Assembly (NCBI GenBank): GCA_041937175.2
Contig: CP166615.1
Span: 3,520,001-3,584,000 of the forward strand
Source: Limnothrix sp. BL-A-16
Lineage (GTDB): Bacteria; Cyanobacteriota; Cyanobacteriia; CACIAM-69d
Reading direction: 5' to 3'
DNA length: 64,000 bases
Below the pieces are notes generated by a model that worked only from the letters and a program-made list of their open reading frames with translations, did no database searches and was not told the DNA's origin. Made by a program: the position numbers and the translations under genes. Of this stretch, positions 21,862 to 31,670 are shown in pieces (positions within the stretch are counted from its first letter, which is position 1; every line of letters starts with the position of its first letter).

Positions 21862-22422
21862 GTGGAGTCCTCACAACTTTTGTCACCGACGGGCGAAACG
21901 CTCGCGGCCAGTTCCGCATCCCCATCCGTTGTTTTCAGCCAAGCTGGCTCCGGGAAAACCAGCCCAGCGCCAGCCAGTGGAGCCACCTCGGTTGCCTTGA
22001 CCCAAGCGGCCGACCAACCCGCCACGGTTCCCATGGCCCTGTTGGTTTGCACAACCTGTGCCAGCACTTGGCAAAACGGCCAGCGCGTGGGCATCAGTGG
22101 CGGTGAGCAATTGCTCGATCGCCTGCAAAGCCGTTTGGCGGATGGGGGCAATGGCGCGATCGCCCTGACTCCCACCCAATGCATGAGCGCCTGTAGCCAT
22201 GCCTGTGTGGTGGCCTTTGCGGCAACCGGTAAACACAGCTACCTGTTTGGGGATTTGCCCCACGATCCGGCCCACCTGGATCAAACCGTGGAGGCGATCG
22301 CCGCCTGTGCCAATCTCTATCTCGATCGCCCCGATGGTCTTTTGGCTTGGGGTGAACGGCCGGAACCCTTGAAAAACGGCGTTTTGGCCCGCATTCCCCC
22401 CACCACGGTTTCAATCACCTAG
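21862..22422 (+). CDS. DUF1636 family metal-binding protein
   Basis: VCTTC, CMSACSHAC, GKHSYLFGDL, VLARIPP; GTG at 21862 or ATG at 22033. Confidence 0.85.
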   Translation: MESSQLLSPTGETLAASSASPSVVFSQAGSGKTSPAPASGATSVALTQAADQPATVPMALLVCTTCASTWQNGQRVGISGGEQLLDRLQSRLADGGNGAIALTPTQCMSACSHACVVAFAATGKHSYLFGDLPHDPAHLDQTVEAIAACANLYLDRPDGLLAWGERPEPLKNGVLARIPPTTVSIT

Positions 22423-22491
22423 GGGCTGTTGCCCACTCCCTAGAATTGTGCATTCATCCCATCCTCCCACTAGGGCTTGGAGAAATTACCC

Positions 22492-23133
22492 ATGCGACAA
22501 ACCAAAACATTGGCATCGGTTCAAGGTCATTTTGCTGGCGCTGTGGCCGGTTTAGCCCTGCTGTTGGCTGCGTTGCCCGCATCGGCGCACCACATGATGG
22601 GTGGTCAGGTGCCCAGCAACGGCTTTGAGGGATTCATGTCCGGTTTGGCTCACCCGGTGATCGGCTTGGATCACTTGGCCTTTGTGGTGGCCTCCGGCTT
22701 GGTGGCGATCGGGGCGGCCCGAGGCTGGATTGTGCCTGTGATCTTTGCGATCGCGGCCTTGGGCGGCACGGGTCTACACCTGCAAAGTTGGGATTTACCC
22801 TTCCCGGAGCTGATGGTTTCCGGTTCGGTGGTGCTGTTTGGGTTGTTGCTGGCCATGGGTCACCAACTGCCGACGGTGGCCTTGGGGGCGATCGCCCTGG
22901 TGGCTGGCCTGTTTCATGGTTATGCCTACGGCGAATCGATCGTCGGGGCGGGCATGGTTCCGCTCACGGCCTATCTGATTGGATTCACGGCCATTCAGCT
23001 CACGATCGCCCTGGGGGTGCGGGGGGTGGTGCAACGGTTGGCGGAAGGCTCGATCGCCCAAACCCTGCGCTACATCGGTTTTGCCATTGTGGGTGCGGGC
23101 GCGGCATTCTTAGCCTCGGCCTTGGGCGCTTAG
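22492..23133 (+). CDS. hupE: HupE/UreJ family Co/Ni transporter
   Basis: ASAHH, GLAHPVIGLDH, FHGYAYG. Confidence 0.9.
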   Translation: MRQTKTLASVQGHFAGAVAGLALLLAALPASAHHMMGGQVPSNGFEGFMSGLAHPVIGLDHLAFVVASGLVAIGAARGWIVPVIFAIAALGGTGLHLQSWDLPFPELMVSGSVVLFGLLLAMGHQLPTVALGAIALVAGLFHGYAYGESIVGAGMVPLTAYLIGFTAIQLTIALGVRGVVQRLAEGSIAQTLRYIGFAIVGAGAAFLASALGA

Positions 23134-23186
23134 GGGATACCTGAGAACTAACTTGAGAGACTTGCAAAGCACGAGTCATCGTGGGG

Positions 23187-23206
23187 CAAGGGGCTTAAGC
23201 CCCTTG
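23187..23206. repeat. palindromic repeat CAAGGGGCTTAAGCCCCTTG
   Basis: Perfect 20-bp palindrome between hupE and cobW. Confidence 0.85.
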
Positions 23207-23312
23207 TCTGCGTCAGTTGAGGAGACTCGCAAGGGAGCAGTTATGGCTGTTCAGCCATTCCCTTAGGGCCGCTCAGGACTGGAGTTCAAGGACTGATTTA
23301 ACACCAATAACC

Positions 23313-24377
23313 ATGCACAAAATTCCCGTTACCGTTGTTACCGGCTTTTTGGGCGCGGGCAAAACCACCCTGCTGCGCCATTTGTTGCAAAATCCCCAAG
23401 GCCGCCGGATTGCCGTTTTGGTGAATGAGTTTGGGGAAGTGGGGATTGATGGGGACTTGCTGCGATCGTGCCAAGTCTGTGACGAAGAGGAGACGACTGG
23501 CCCCAATAACGGCCCCAGCAACGTGATTGAGCTAACCAATGGTTGCTTGTGCTGCACGGTGCAAGAGGAATTTTTGCCGACGATGCAACAGTTGCTCGAT
23601 CGCCGGGAAGATATCGATTGCATTGTGATTGAAACTTCGGGGCTAGCGCTGCCCAAGCCGTTGGTGCAGGCCTTCCGCTGGCCGGAAATCCGCACGGGGG
23701 CGACGGTCGATGGCGTGATTGCCACGGTGGACTGCGAAGCCCTGGCGGCTGGTCGCGTGGTGGGCGATGTGGCAGCGCTGTTGGAGCAGCGGGCCGCCGA
23801 TGACAGCCTGGAGCACGAAACCCCGATCGAGGAATTATTTGAAGACCAGCTTGCCTGTGCTGATTTGGTGCTGTTGACCAAGTGCGATCGGGTGGAGCCG
23901 ATCGAGGTGGCGCGGGTGGAAACCTGGCTAAAGCAGGAGTTGCGACCCGGGGTGAAAATTGTCCGTTGCCAACGGGGGGCGATCGCGCCGGAACTGTTGC
24001 TGGGCTTCAATGCGGCCGTGGAAGACAACCTGGACGATCGCCCCAACCACCACGACCATCATGATCATGACGATGACCATGACCACGAGCATGACCACGA
24101 CGACGACATCAGCGCGATCGCCCTCACCCTCGGAGCCGTGGAGCCTCGCGCTTTGGTACAACGCCTAGAACGGCTGGTGCAGGAGTGGGAAATCTACCGC
24201 ATTAAGGGATTTGCCGATGTGGCCGGCAAGCCGATGCGGTTGGTGGTGCAGGGGGTGGGGCCACGGTTCGAGACCTTCTTTGATCGGCCCTGGCGGCCCG
24301 ATGAAGCGCGATCGACCCAATTGGTGATCATTGGTCGCGATTTGGATCGATCGGCGATCGCGGCGGCCATTGGATAA
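23313..24377 (+). CDS. cobW: cobalamin biosynthesis GTPase CobW (COG0523)
   Basis: GFLGAGKTT, NEFG, GCLCCTV, ETSGLALPKPL and a His/Asp-rich linker. Confidence 0.93.
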   Translation: MHKIPVTVVTGFLGAGKTTLLRHLLQNPQGRRIAVLVNEFGEVGIDGDLLRSCQVCDEEETTGPNNGPSNVIELTNGCLCCTVQEEFLPTMQQLLDRREDIDCIVIETSGLALPKPLVQAFRWPEIRTGATVDGVIATVDCEALAAGRVVGDVAALLEQRAADDSLEHETPIEELFEDQLACADLVLLTKCDRVEPIEVARVETWLKQELRPGVKIVRCQRGAIAPELLLGFNAAVEDNLDDRPNHHDHHDHDDDHDHEHDHDDDISAIALTLGAVEPRALVQRLERLVQEWEIYRIKGFADVAGKPMRLVVQGVGPRFETFFDRPWRPDEARSTQLVIIGRDLDRSAIAAAIG

Positions 24378-24407
24378 GTTCAGGCGAAAAAAGGGTTGAT
24401 CAACAGG

Positions 24408-24953
24408 TCAAATCGCCTGATTCCAGGTCGTGCCCACAAACACGATCGCCGCCATCAGGGCCAACAGTCCTTGAATCACATTGCCAATAATCGATCCCAA
24501 CAGGATGCCCAAGGCTGCTTTTAGGGAAACTTTGAAGCGGGGCACGAGCGGTATGGTGCGCCGGTAGAGCATTTCCCCCACCACGGCTCCCAACACCGGG
24601 CCCAACAAAATGCCTGCCAAGGGCCCTCCGATCGGGAGGGCCGGCAACAGGCCAAAGAACCCCAACAGCAACCCCACGATCGAGCCAATTTGTCCCCACT
24701 GGCTGGCTCCGGCCTTTTGCGCGCCAATGATGCCCGCCAGGTTGTCGATTAACAGGCTCAAGACCAACACGGCGATCGACACCCACAGGGCCGTGGTCAC
24801 CAGGGCCCAGCCCTTGACGGCTCCCCAAATCACCACGGCCAACACCACCAAACTGGGCCCCGGAATGGCGGGGATGAAGGATCCCAACACGCCCACCAAG
24901 GCCATGGCGATTAAGCCCAAATACAAAATTGTCTGACCTGTTTGCCCGTCCAT
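24408..24953 (-). CDS. DUF456 family membrane protein
   Basis: PAIPGP, GAQKAGAS and GPVLGAVVGE patterns. Confidence 0.85.
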   Translation of the reverse strand: MDGQTGQTILYLGLIAMALVGVLGSFIPAIPGPSLVVLAVVIWGAVKGWALVTTALWVSIAVLVLSLLIDNLAGIIGAQKAGASQWGQIGSIVGLLLGFFGLLPALPIGGPLAGILLGPVLGAVVGEMLYRRTIPLVPRFKVSLKAALGILLGSIIGNVIQGLLALMAAIVFVGTTWNQAI

Positions 24954-25025
24954 GTTGAGTTGCGAATTGAGCTGCGAGTTGGTTGGCGAATTTGGGCGCG
25001 TTAATCGGGTTGGGATGACAGCGGC

Positions 25026-25988
25026 CTAGCGATCGAGCCGCACCCTCGGATCCAAAACCCCATAGAGGCCATCCGCAATCAGATTGAACAGCACAATCAA
25101 AATCGCATAGATAAACGCGATCGCCATCACCACGGGCGTATCGTTGCGCTGGATGGAATCCACCAGCAAGGAACCAATGCCCGGCACGCGGAACACCTGC
25201 TCCGTCACGATCGCCCCCGTGAACACCGCTGGCACATCAAGCGCCACCAGCGTCACCACGGGAATTAAGGCATTGCGCAAAATATGCCGCCCCACCACAA
25301 TCCATTCCGGCAGTCCCTTCGCCCGAGCCGTTCGCACATAGCCCTGATAAACCTGCTCCAGCACCGAAGCGCGGGTGAACCGCATCAGGCCAGCCGTTTG
25401 AAACAGGGCCAACACCCCGATCGGCATAATGGACTGCTTGAGCTGCTCTCCCAAGCTAGCGAAATCCACCACTTGCAGGTTGCTGTCATAGATAAAGGGC
25501 AGCCAGCGCAGTTGCACACTGAACAGCAAAATCACCAGCAAACCCGTGAAAAAGGGCGGCAGGGAAAAGCCAATGAAGGAAATGAGCGTGGCCGTGCGAT
25601 CGACCCAACCATGGCGCTTGAGGGCGGCAATTAGCCCCAAGGGCAGGGCAATGAGGGCGCTGAATCCGTAGGCCACTCCCACTACGGCCAGGGTGGTGGG
25701 TAACCGTTGGCCAATCAGTTCCAAAACGGGCACTCGGCTGACGAAGGAGTAGCCCAAATCGCCCCGCAGCAGAGACAGCAGCCACTTGAAATAGCGGATG
25801 TGAACGGGTTGATCCAGCCCCAGAGAGGCGCGAATTTGCGATCGAACCTCGGGAGAGAGGGCCCCGTTGGCGGCAAATTCACCCAAGGGGTCGCCGGGAG
25901 CCAGGGCCAGAATGCCAAAAATAATCAAACTGATGGCGAGCAGCGTTGGAATTGCCACCCCAATTCGTCCGAGGAAGTAGCGCCCCAT
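25026..25988 (-). CDS. peptide ABC transporter permease (DppB/OppB-like)
   Basis: APGDP, GLDQP, YVRTARAKGL, HILRNALIP, LDPRVR. Confidence 0.92.
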   Translation of the reverse strand: MGRYFLGRIGVAIPTLLAISLIIFGILALAPGDPLGEFAANGALSPEVRSQIRASLGLDQPVHIRYFKWLLSLLRGDLGYSFVSRVPVLELIGQRLPTTLAVVGVAYGFSALIALPLGLIAALKRHGWVDRTATLISFIGFSLPPFFTGLLVILLFSVQLRWLPFIYDSNLQVVDFASLGEQLKQSIMPIGVLALFQTAGLMRFTRASVLEQVYQGYVRTARAKGLPEWIVVGRHILRNALIPVVTLVALDVPAVFTGAIVTEQVFRVPGIGSLLVDSIQRNDTPVVMAIAFIYAILIVLFNLIADGLYGVLDPRVRLDR

Positions 25989-26119
25989 GGGTTTAATAGC
26001 GGTTGATCCGGTTGCTGGATCAAATGATTGATCAAACTGATGATAGGCCGTTGGAATCGATCGCCCCGTAGCCAGCGAGACCCGCCTTGCAAGGGGTTTT
26101 GGGCGGGTATCGCTCGGCC

Positions 26120-27160
26120 TTAACGAACAAATTGGGGCATGATTTCAGCGGCGGTGAACAGGCCAAATTGCCCGCGCCGTTGCAGGGAAACGCCGGCCTT
26201 CAGGTAACCAAAGGCGGGGCCACAAACATTGGCGGCCATGCTGGTTTCGTCACCGAGGGTGAAGGTATGGGTGGAGATTTTGCCCTCGAAGGTGCGGCCC
26301 GTGACTTGCACGTTGGTGCTGAGGGGTTTTTTGGCGTTGCGCGTATCCACCACACCACCGACGGTGACCCGATCGCGGCTGCAAATGCCCGCCAACTCCA
26401 GCATCAGATCATCGGCATGTTCCATGTTTTCCAAGGCCAGGATGCCGTTGGTGGTGTCGAGGAGAGCTTCGACTTCCGCATCGGTCATCAGCCGGGCCCG
26501 CTCGGTGTCATAACCGGGCATGTGGGCGATGTCTTCGCGGATGGTGGCGCGGTAGGCCTCCCAGTTGGCGATGCCGACTCCGAAGGTAATTTTGACGCTG
26601 TGAACTTCCGCGTAGCTTTGGGCGGCGATCGTGGCGGCGGCGGTCAGCAGGCCGGGGGTGGCTCCGCAACCGGTGAGGTAGGTGATGCCGGCGTTGGCGA
26701 GCCGATCGCCCAGGGCCAGGATCTGTTCCATGGCGCTGGTGCGTTTGAGGGCATCCACCAACACACCGCGCCAACCGGAGGCGATGATTTGTTCGACAAC
26801 CTCGGCCATGAAGGTGTTGGGCAGGTTGGGCAGGGCCAGGAAGAAGCCATCGACGTTACCCTTGGCGGCTTCGATCGCCTCCAGGATGCTGGTGGGGCTG
26901 AGGGAGCCGCCGGGCAGATGGCCCACGGAACCCCGATCATGGTAGGTGGCGATCGCCCGATCGGGATCTAGCCCTTCGGGGTTGTAGGCAAAACCATCGC
27001 GATCGACCGCTGCCACCAGCAGCATTTCGCGCTTGGGAGCCAGCACCCGCGCTGCCGCTTGGCCCAAACCGCCAAAGCCCATCACCCCAACCCGAATTGC
27101 GCCGGCCTTGTCCGAATTCACCATTTGCGCCGATGCCAAGTCCACAACCGAATGACTCAT
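26120..27160 (-). CDS. bioU: BioU, alternative biotin pathway enzyme replacing BioA
   Basis: [32 protein letters not shown] and [12 protein letters not shown] match the Synechocystis BioU as I recall it. Confidence 0.88.
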   Translation of the reverse strand: MSHSVVDLASAQMVNSDKAGAIRVGVMGFGGLGQAAARVLAPKREMLLVAAVDRDGFAYNPEGLDPDRAIATYHDRGSVGHLPGGSLSPTSILEAIEAAKGNVDGFFLALPNLPNTFMAEVVEQIIASGWRGVLVDALKRTSAMEQILALGDRLANAGITYLTGCGATPGLLTAAATIAAQSYAEVHSVKITFGVGIANWEAYRATIREDIAHMPGYDTERARLMTDAEVEALLDTTNGILALENMEHADDLMLELAGICSRDRVTVGGVVDTRNAKKPLSTNVQVTGRTFEGKISTHTFTLGDETSMAANVCGPAFGYLKAGVSLQRRGQFGLFTAAEIMPQFVR

Positions 27161-27806
27161 AACGGAATCCCCAAACTGAACGGGTCAATCAACTTCCAAC
27201 AAATTCCAACAAACAGATTCCAACCAATTCCCAGCGCGGGAAAACGCGGGAATAAAGATAACCCCCAATCATTGCAGTGATCGGTAAATCTCAGCAATCG
27301 CGATCGCCGGGTCACCGGCCCGGACTCGGTGGGTTTTGATCGATATTGCTTGGGTGGTGGGTTGCCCAAACCAGTAGCTGACAATACTTTCGAGCGATAA
27401 ATGCTGGGTGCTCAATGACCGATCGATTGCCCCAAACCCTTGCCAATGCGTCCCTTGACTGCGATCGGAAGTTACGCCACACTATCAAAAAGGCAAAGTC
27501 AGCGCTCCTATCCAATTTAAACAATTGTCAAGAAGCGTCTCGAAATGGATCGTTTTTGGGCGATCCGCATCGATCGACCCTCGATCGACATTTCAGACCC
27601 TCGGTAACTCGGTGAAATCCCGATTCTAAAAAGACCATGGTTTGCTCGGTTGGCGCTTTCCGCCGCTCGGAACTCCCCCGTTGGGTTCTCCGTTGCGGAG
27701 CGATCGCCCGAGCCAGTGCTCAAACATCTGTACGAGTTATCCCCGATTGGGGACTTGTGCAAAGGCCTTGAGACCGCCTGTTGGCCGCCTAGTCTGGAAA
27801 CCCTGC

Positions 27807-28019
27807 ATGGAAACCCTGGAATTCATCATTTACCCCGATGGTCGGGTACAGGAGAAAGTCACCGGTATCATCGGGGCCTCCTGTGCCGAAGTGACCGCCG
27901 CCATTGAAGCACAACTGGGGCGGGTCATCAGTCGCGAGGTAACTTCCGAAAACTTTGCTCGGGCCCAAGCGGATCGCGAGGCCTCGATCGAAGCCCAAAC
28001 AACCTTCAGCGAGTGGTAG
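27807..28019 (+). CDS. DUF2997 family protein
   Basis: METLEFIIYPDGRVQEKVTGIIGASC; adjacent to DUF1257. Confidence 0.88.
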   Translation: METLEFIIYPDGRVQEKVTGIIGASCAEVTAAIEAQLGRVISREVTSENFARAQADREASIEAQTTFSEW

Positions 28020-28146
28020 CACTCTGGGATTTCTAAGGCGCAGCTTTCGAGCCATTCGGGAGCGGCGCTTTAAAAATTTCAGCCGCGCTTGCTCCGGGGG
28101 GTCTGCATCGTTCAACCCGTTCAGATCGCTGTTAACGAAAACCACC

Positions 28147-28533
28147 ATGTCGCACTTTAGCCAAATCAAAACGCAACTTCGCAACCTGACTTCCCTGAAA
28201 GCCGCCCTCACGGATCTGGGCATGGATTGGAAAGAAGGCCCCGCCACCGTGCGTGGTTATCAGGGGCAAACGGAAACCGCCGACGTGGCGATCGAACAGC
28301 CCAACGGCTACGACATCGGCTTTGCCTGGAACGGCCAGGAATATGCCCTGGTGACCGATATGCAATTTTGGCAACTGAACGGCTCGGTCGATCGGTTCCT
28401 GAAGCAAGTGACCCAGCGCTATGCCTTCCACACCGTGATCAACAGCGGTGCTGAACAGGGCTTCCAGGTGGCCGAACAGGTCAAGAATGAGGACGGATCG
28501 ATCCGTCTGGTGTTGCAACGCTGGAATGGTTAA
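28147..28533 (+). CDS. ycf35: DUF1257 / Ycf35 family protein
   Basis: MSHFSQIKT...VRGYQG...DIGF.WNG...DGSIRLVLQRW. Confidence 0.9.
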   Translation: MSHFSQIKTQLRNLTSLKAALTDLGMDWKEGPATVRGYQGQTETADVAIEQPNGYDIGFAWNGQEYALVTDMQFWQLNGSVDRFLKQVTQRYAFHTVINSGAEQGFQVAEQVKNEDGSIRLVLQRWNG

Positions 28534-28752
28534 GGTTCGTTAAGGGAGAGGCTTTGATCCTTTCTGCGCAACGACTCAACCGGCCGCGTCGTCTCCATTG
28601 TCTAGCGCTGGCTTTGCCCAAAGCAGTGGCGATCTCGCCAGATTTTCTCGCTTGCGATCGGGGCAGGTTCTCAGAGTCCACAAACTCAGAACTTGCCCCG
28701 ATTTGTTTTTTCCGATTGTCGGCTTGCTATACCACTAGAGGCAGGAAAAACC

Positions 28753-29259
28753 ATGGATCAGGAACCACAAGCACCAATGGAATCCGCAATGGGATCCGCA
28801 ATGGGATCCACCGAGCCGGGGGCCGACCATGACGCGGGCCCAGGGTTTGCACCAGAACTGGGCGGATCATTGCGCGGCCTGGGCGATCGCACCGGATTTG
28901 AACCGGAGCTGGGCGGTCTGGTGCGCCAAAAGGGTGTCTATGTGGACGAAATTACTTGCATTGGCTGCAAAAACTGCGCCCACGTGGCTCGCAACACCTT
29001 TTACATTGAGCTGGAATATGGCCGGGCCCGAGCCATTCGCCAAGACGGCGACCCCGAGGAGCTAATCCAAGAGGCGATCGACACCTGCCCGGTGAACTGC
29101 ATCCATTGGGTTCCCTTTGCGGAACTGAAACGCCTCGAAGAGGAACGGCGATATCAAGAAATTCCCACGGCGGGCTTCCCGATCGATAAATCCGTGATTG
29201 CGGCTAATTTGCGTCGTCGCAAGGAAGCGGCCAGAAAACGGCGATCGGAACAGGCTTAG
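28753..29259 (+). CDS. ferredoxin (Fer4_13/15-like)
   Basis: VYVDEITCIGCKNC...AIDTCPVNCIHW. Confidence 0.9.
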   Translation: MDQEPQAPMESAMGSAMGSTEPGADHDAGPGFAPELGGSLRGLGDRTGFEPELGGLVRQKGVYVDEITCIGCKNCAHVARNTFYIELEYGRARAIRQDGDPEELIQEAIDTCPVNCIHWVPFAELKRLEEERRYQEIPTAGFPIDKSVIAANLRRRKEAARKRRSEQA

Positions 29260-29389
29260 AGGATGTCTGAAAAGTGTCTTTTGGCACGGGCAATGCACCA
29301 ATAGTCGTGGGGGCAAGGGGCTTGAGCATCTTGTCTTCGTCGATCGATGAGGCGTGCAGAGTATCGATTTTGGCTTTTCAGACATCCTC
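29259..29389. mobile_element. 131-bp MITE with perfect 16-bp TIRs and TTA target duplication
   Basis: TTA|GAGGATGTCTGAAAAG...CTTTTCAGACATCCTC|TTA; degenerate palindrome inside. Confidence 0.85.
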
Positions 29390-29502
29390 TTAGACAACAG
29401 CTAAGCCAAAGTTAGGCCAAAGTTCAACGGTCGATGCCCCTAGCCGATGGGCCGACCCTGTTTCCCGAATTCATGGTTCCCAAGCCGAAAGCAAATTAAC
29501 CC

Positions 29503-30057
29503 ATGGCCGATCAACCCATGAACGATCGCCCCATGACCGCGCGGCCTATGGCGATCGTCATTCGCCCCAGCTTGCCCAGCGATGCAGCGGCAATTGCCCG
29601 ACTTTTTCACGATACGGTGCGAGAAATTAACAGTCGTGATTACAGCCCCCAGCAGGTGCAAGCTTGGGCCCCGGATGATTTGTCGTTTCGCAACTGGGCT
29701 GAACGCAGCCAAACCCGCTGGACAATCGTGGCGGAAGATCGGTCAACCCCCGATCGCTACCTGATCGCGGGTTTCTGTGAATTGAAACCCGATGGCCATA
29801 TTGATTGCTTCTACTGCCACAAAAATTATCAACGCTGTGGTTTGGGTCGGCAGCTTTACCAGGCCCTAGAAACCGAAGCACTCGATCGTTCTCTTCAACA
29901 ATTACAAGTTGAATCCAGCATCACAGCGCGCCCTTTTTTTGAAGCGATGGGCTTTGTTATGCTCTCTTCCCAGACCGTAAGTGTTCGAGGCGAAAGTTTT
30001 GTGAACTACAAGATGGTTAAAGCACTCAGCCCAATTCCCAAAAGCAGCATAACCTAA
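29503..30057 (+). CDS. GNAT family N-acetyltransferase (YafP-like)
   Basis: DYSPQQVQAWA, HKNYQRCGLG, SITARPFFEAMGF. Confidence 0.9.
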   Translation: MADQPMNDRPMTARPMAIVIRPSLPSDAAAIARLFHDTVREINSRDYSPQQVQAWAPDDLSFRNWAERSQTRWTIVAEDRSTPDRYLIAGFCELKPDGHIDCFYCHKNYQRCGLGRQLYQALETEALDRSLQQLQVESSITARPFFEAMGFVMLSSQTVSVRGESFVNYKMVKALSPIPKSSIT

Positions 30058-30656
30058 GATTTAAACAAGCAAGATTTGCATCTTTATCATGCAATTTTTC
30101 TTGATGAAAATTCGAGAATTAATCACTAACTGGCTTGTGATTGAAAAATACGTAATCAGTTAATTAATTTCAATTAAGTCAATTCAGTTCTAGCCTGAGA
30201 ATCATGGAGCAAATGTTGATTGTTGATTCCTGAATTGAGAACTTAGTTATAAATTTTGTCAACTGCTGGGATGAGATTCTAGCAATGGAGAAACGGGCGT
30301 GCTACCTTGAAAGTCCGGAAAAACTCGGAAATTAGTTCGAGGATTTTGAAGCACTACCCTTGCTGATTTCCTGTCTCTGTCACGATCTTGCCCCCTTGAT
30401 CCCGATATGTTGGTATCAATTTAAACCAGAAAATCTGTATTGATCAATCCTGGTTCTTCCGGTATTGCTTGTAAAGCGGCCTGTGAAAGCTAAATCCTAA
30501 GGCTATGAATCAGAGAAAACATAAAATAATCCTAAAAAACTTGAATTGCCATCTGTTGTTGTGGTTCGGTCTGAATGACCGATCGGCCCTCGGCTTAGAG
30601 TCAGCCTGCCACTCACTGCGCTTTTCCTCTTCACTGCTGAAACTGATGGCTCCAAA

Positions 30657-31670
30657 ATGATGGTTCTCCAAAAATTTCGACCCAAACGGTTCCCACAATT
30701 TCTGTTGGTTTGTGCATTCGTTCTGAGCTTGGTGATCCATGGCTGCTTGGCCGGTGGAAATCGCGAGCTGCCGACCTTGCGGGTGGGGATGAATAATTGG
30801 CCCGGCTACATGGTTGCGCTCTACGCCAAAGAAGCGGGCCTCTTCCAAAAGCGCGGTCTCCAGGTGGAGTTAGTGCGCTTCACCAATCAGCAAGATAATA
30901 TTCGAGCGACCATTCGCGGTTCGTTGGATGCCAGTTTTGTGCCCCTCTGGGAGGCAATGCAGGTAGACCCGGGAAACGATCGCCCCGCCTATGTGATGGT
31001 GGCGGATATTTCCCATGGTTCCGATGGGATTGTGGCGCGATCGGCCGTGCCCTCAGTGAAAGATTTGCGGGGCAAAACCGTGGCGGCCAAGTTGGGAACC
31101 GTCAGCCATCTGATCTTGCTAGAGGCTTTGCAGTCTCAGCAACTGAAGCCAACGGACGTGAAAATTAAAGATGTTTCCAACGATATTGCCGTGCAGTTGT
31201 TGTCCAAAGGTGAAGTGGATGCGGCGGTGGTTTGGGAACCGTTGCTGAGTGAAACGGCGGCCAAAATTAAAGGCAAAGTGATTTTTACCACCAAAGATGT
31301 GGACAGTTTGGTGATTGATGGATTGGCCACGCGGGCTAGCTTTGCAGCGGATCATCAAGCGGAATTAACCCAACTCATGTTGGCTTGGTTGGATGCCATT
31401 CATGCGGTGGATACCCAGCCCGATCGCGTGTTTGCCAGCATTGCGCGTCAGTTGGGCCAAACGCCAGAATCCGTTGCTAAGGACTATTCCGGCCTGCTGA
31501 AAGGTGGAATTGAATTGAATCGTCGGATGTTTGAGGGTCGGCTTGAGGCGGCTAAAAATGAAATTGTGCAGTTGCTGAAGTTAGACCCGCGCCATCGCCA
31601 GGTTATTCGTGAAGATATTGAATTCGATCGTGGGCCAATGATGACTGCAATTGAACAATGGAAACCCTAA
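30657..31670 (+). CDS. NMT1/SsuA-like periplasmic substrate-binding protein
   Basis: Signal-like N-terminus, [30 protein letters not shown]. Confidence 0.88.
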   Translation: MMVLQKFRPKRFPQFLLVCAFVLSLVIHGCLAGGNRELPTLRVGMNNWPGYMVALYAKEAGLFQKRGLQVELVRFTNQQDNIRATIRGSLDASFVPLWEAMQVDPGNDRPAYVMVADISHGSDGIVARSAVPSVKDLRGKTVAAKLGTVSHLILLEALQSQQLKPTDVKIKDVSNDIAVQLLSKGEVDAAVVWEPLLSETAAKIKGKVIFTTKDVDSLVIDGLATRASFAADHQAELTQLMLAWLDAIHAVDTQPDRVFASIARQLGQTPESVAKDYSGLLKGGIELNRRMFEGRLEAAKNEIVQLLKLDPRHRQVIREDIEFDRGPMMTAIEQWKP

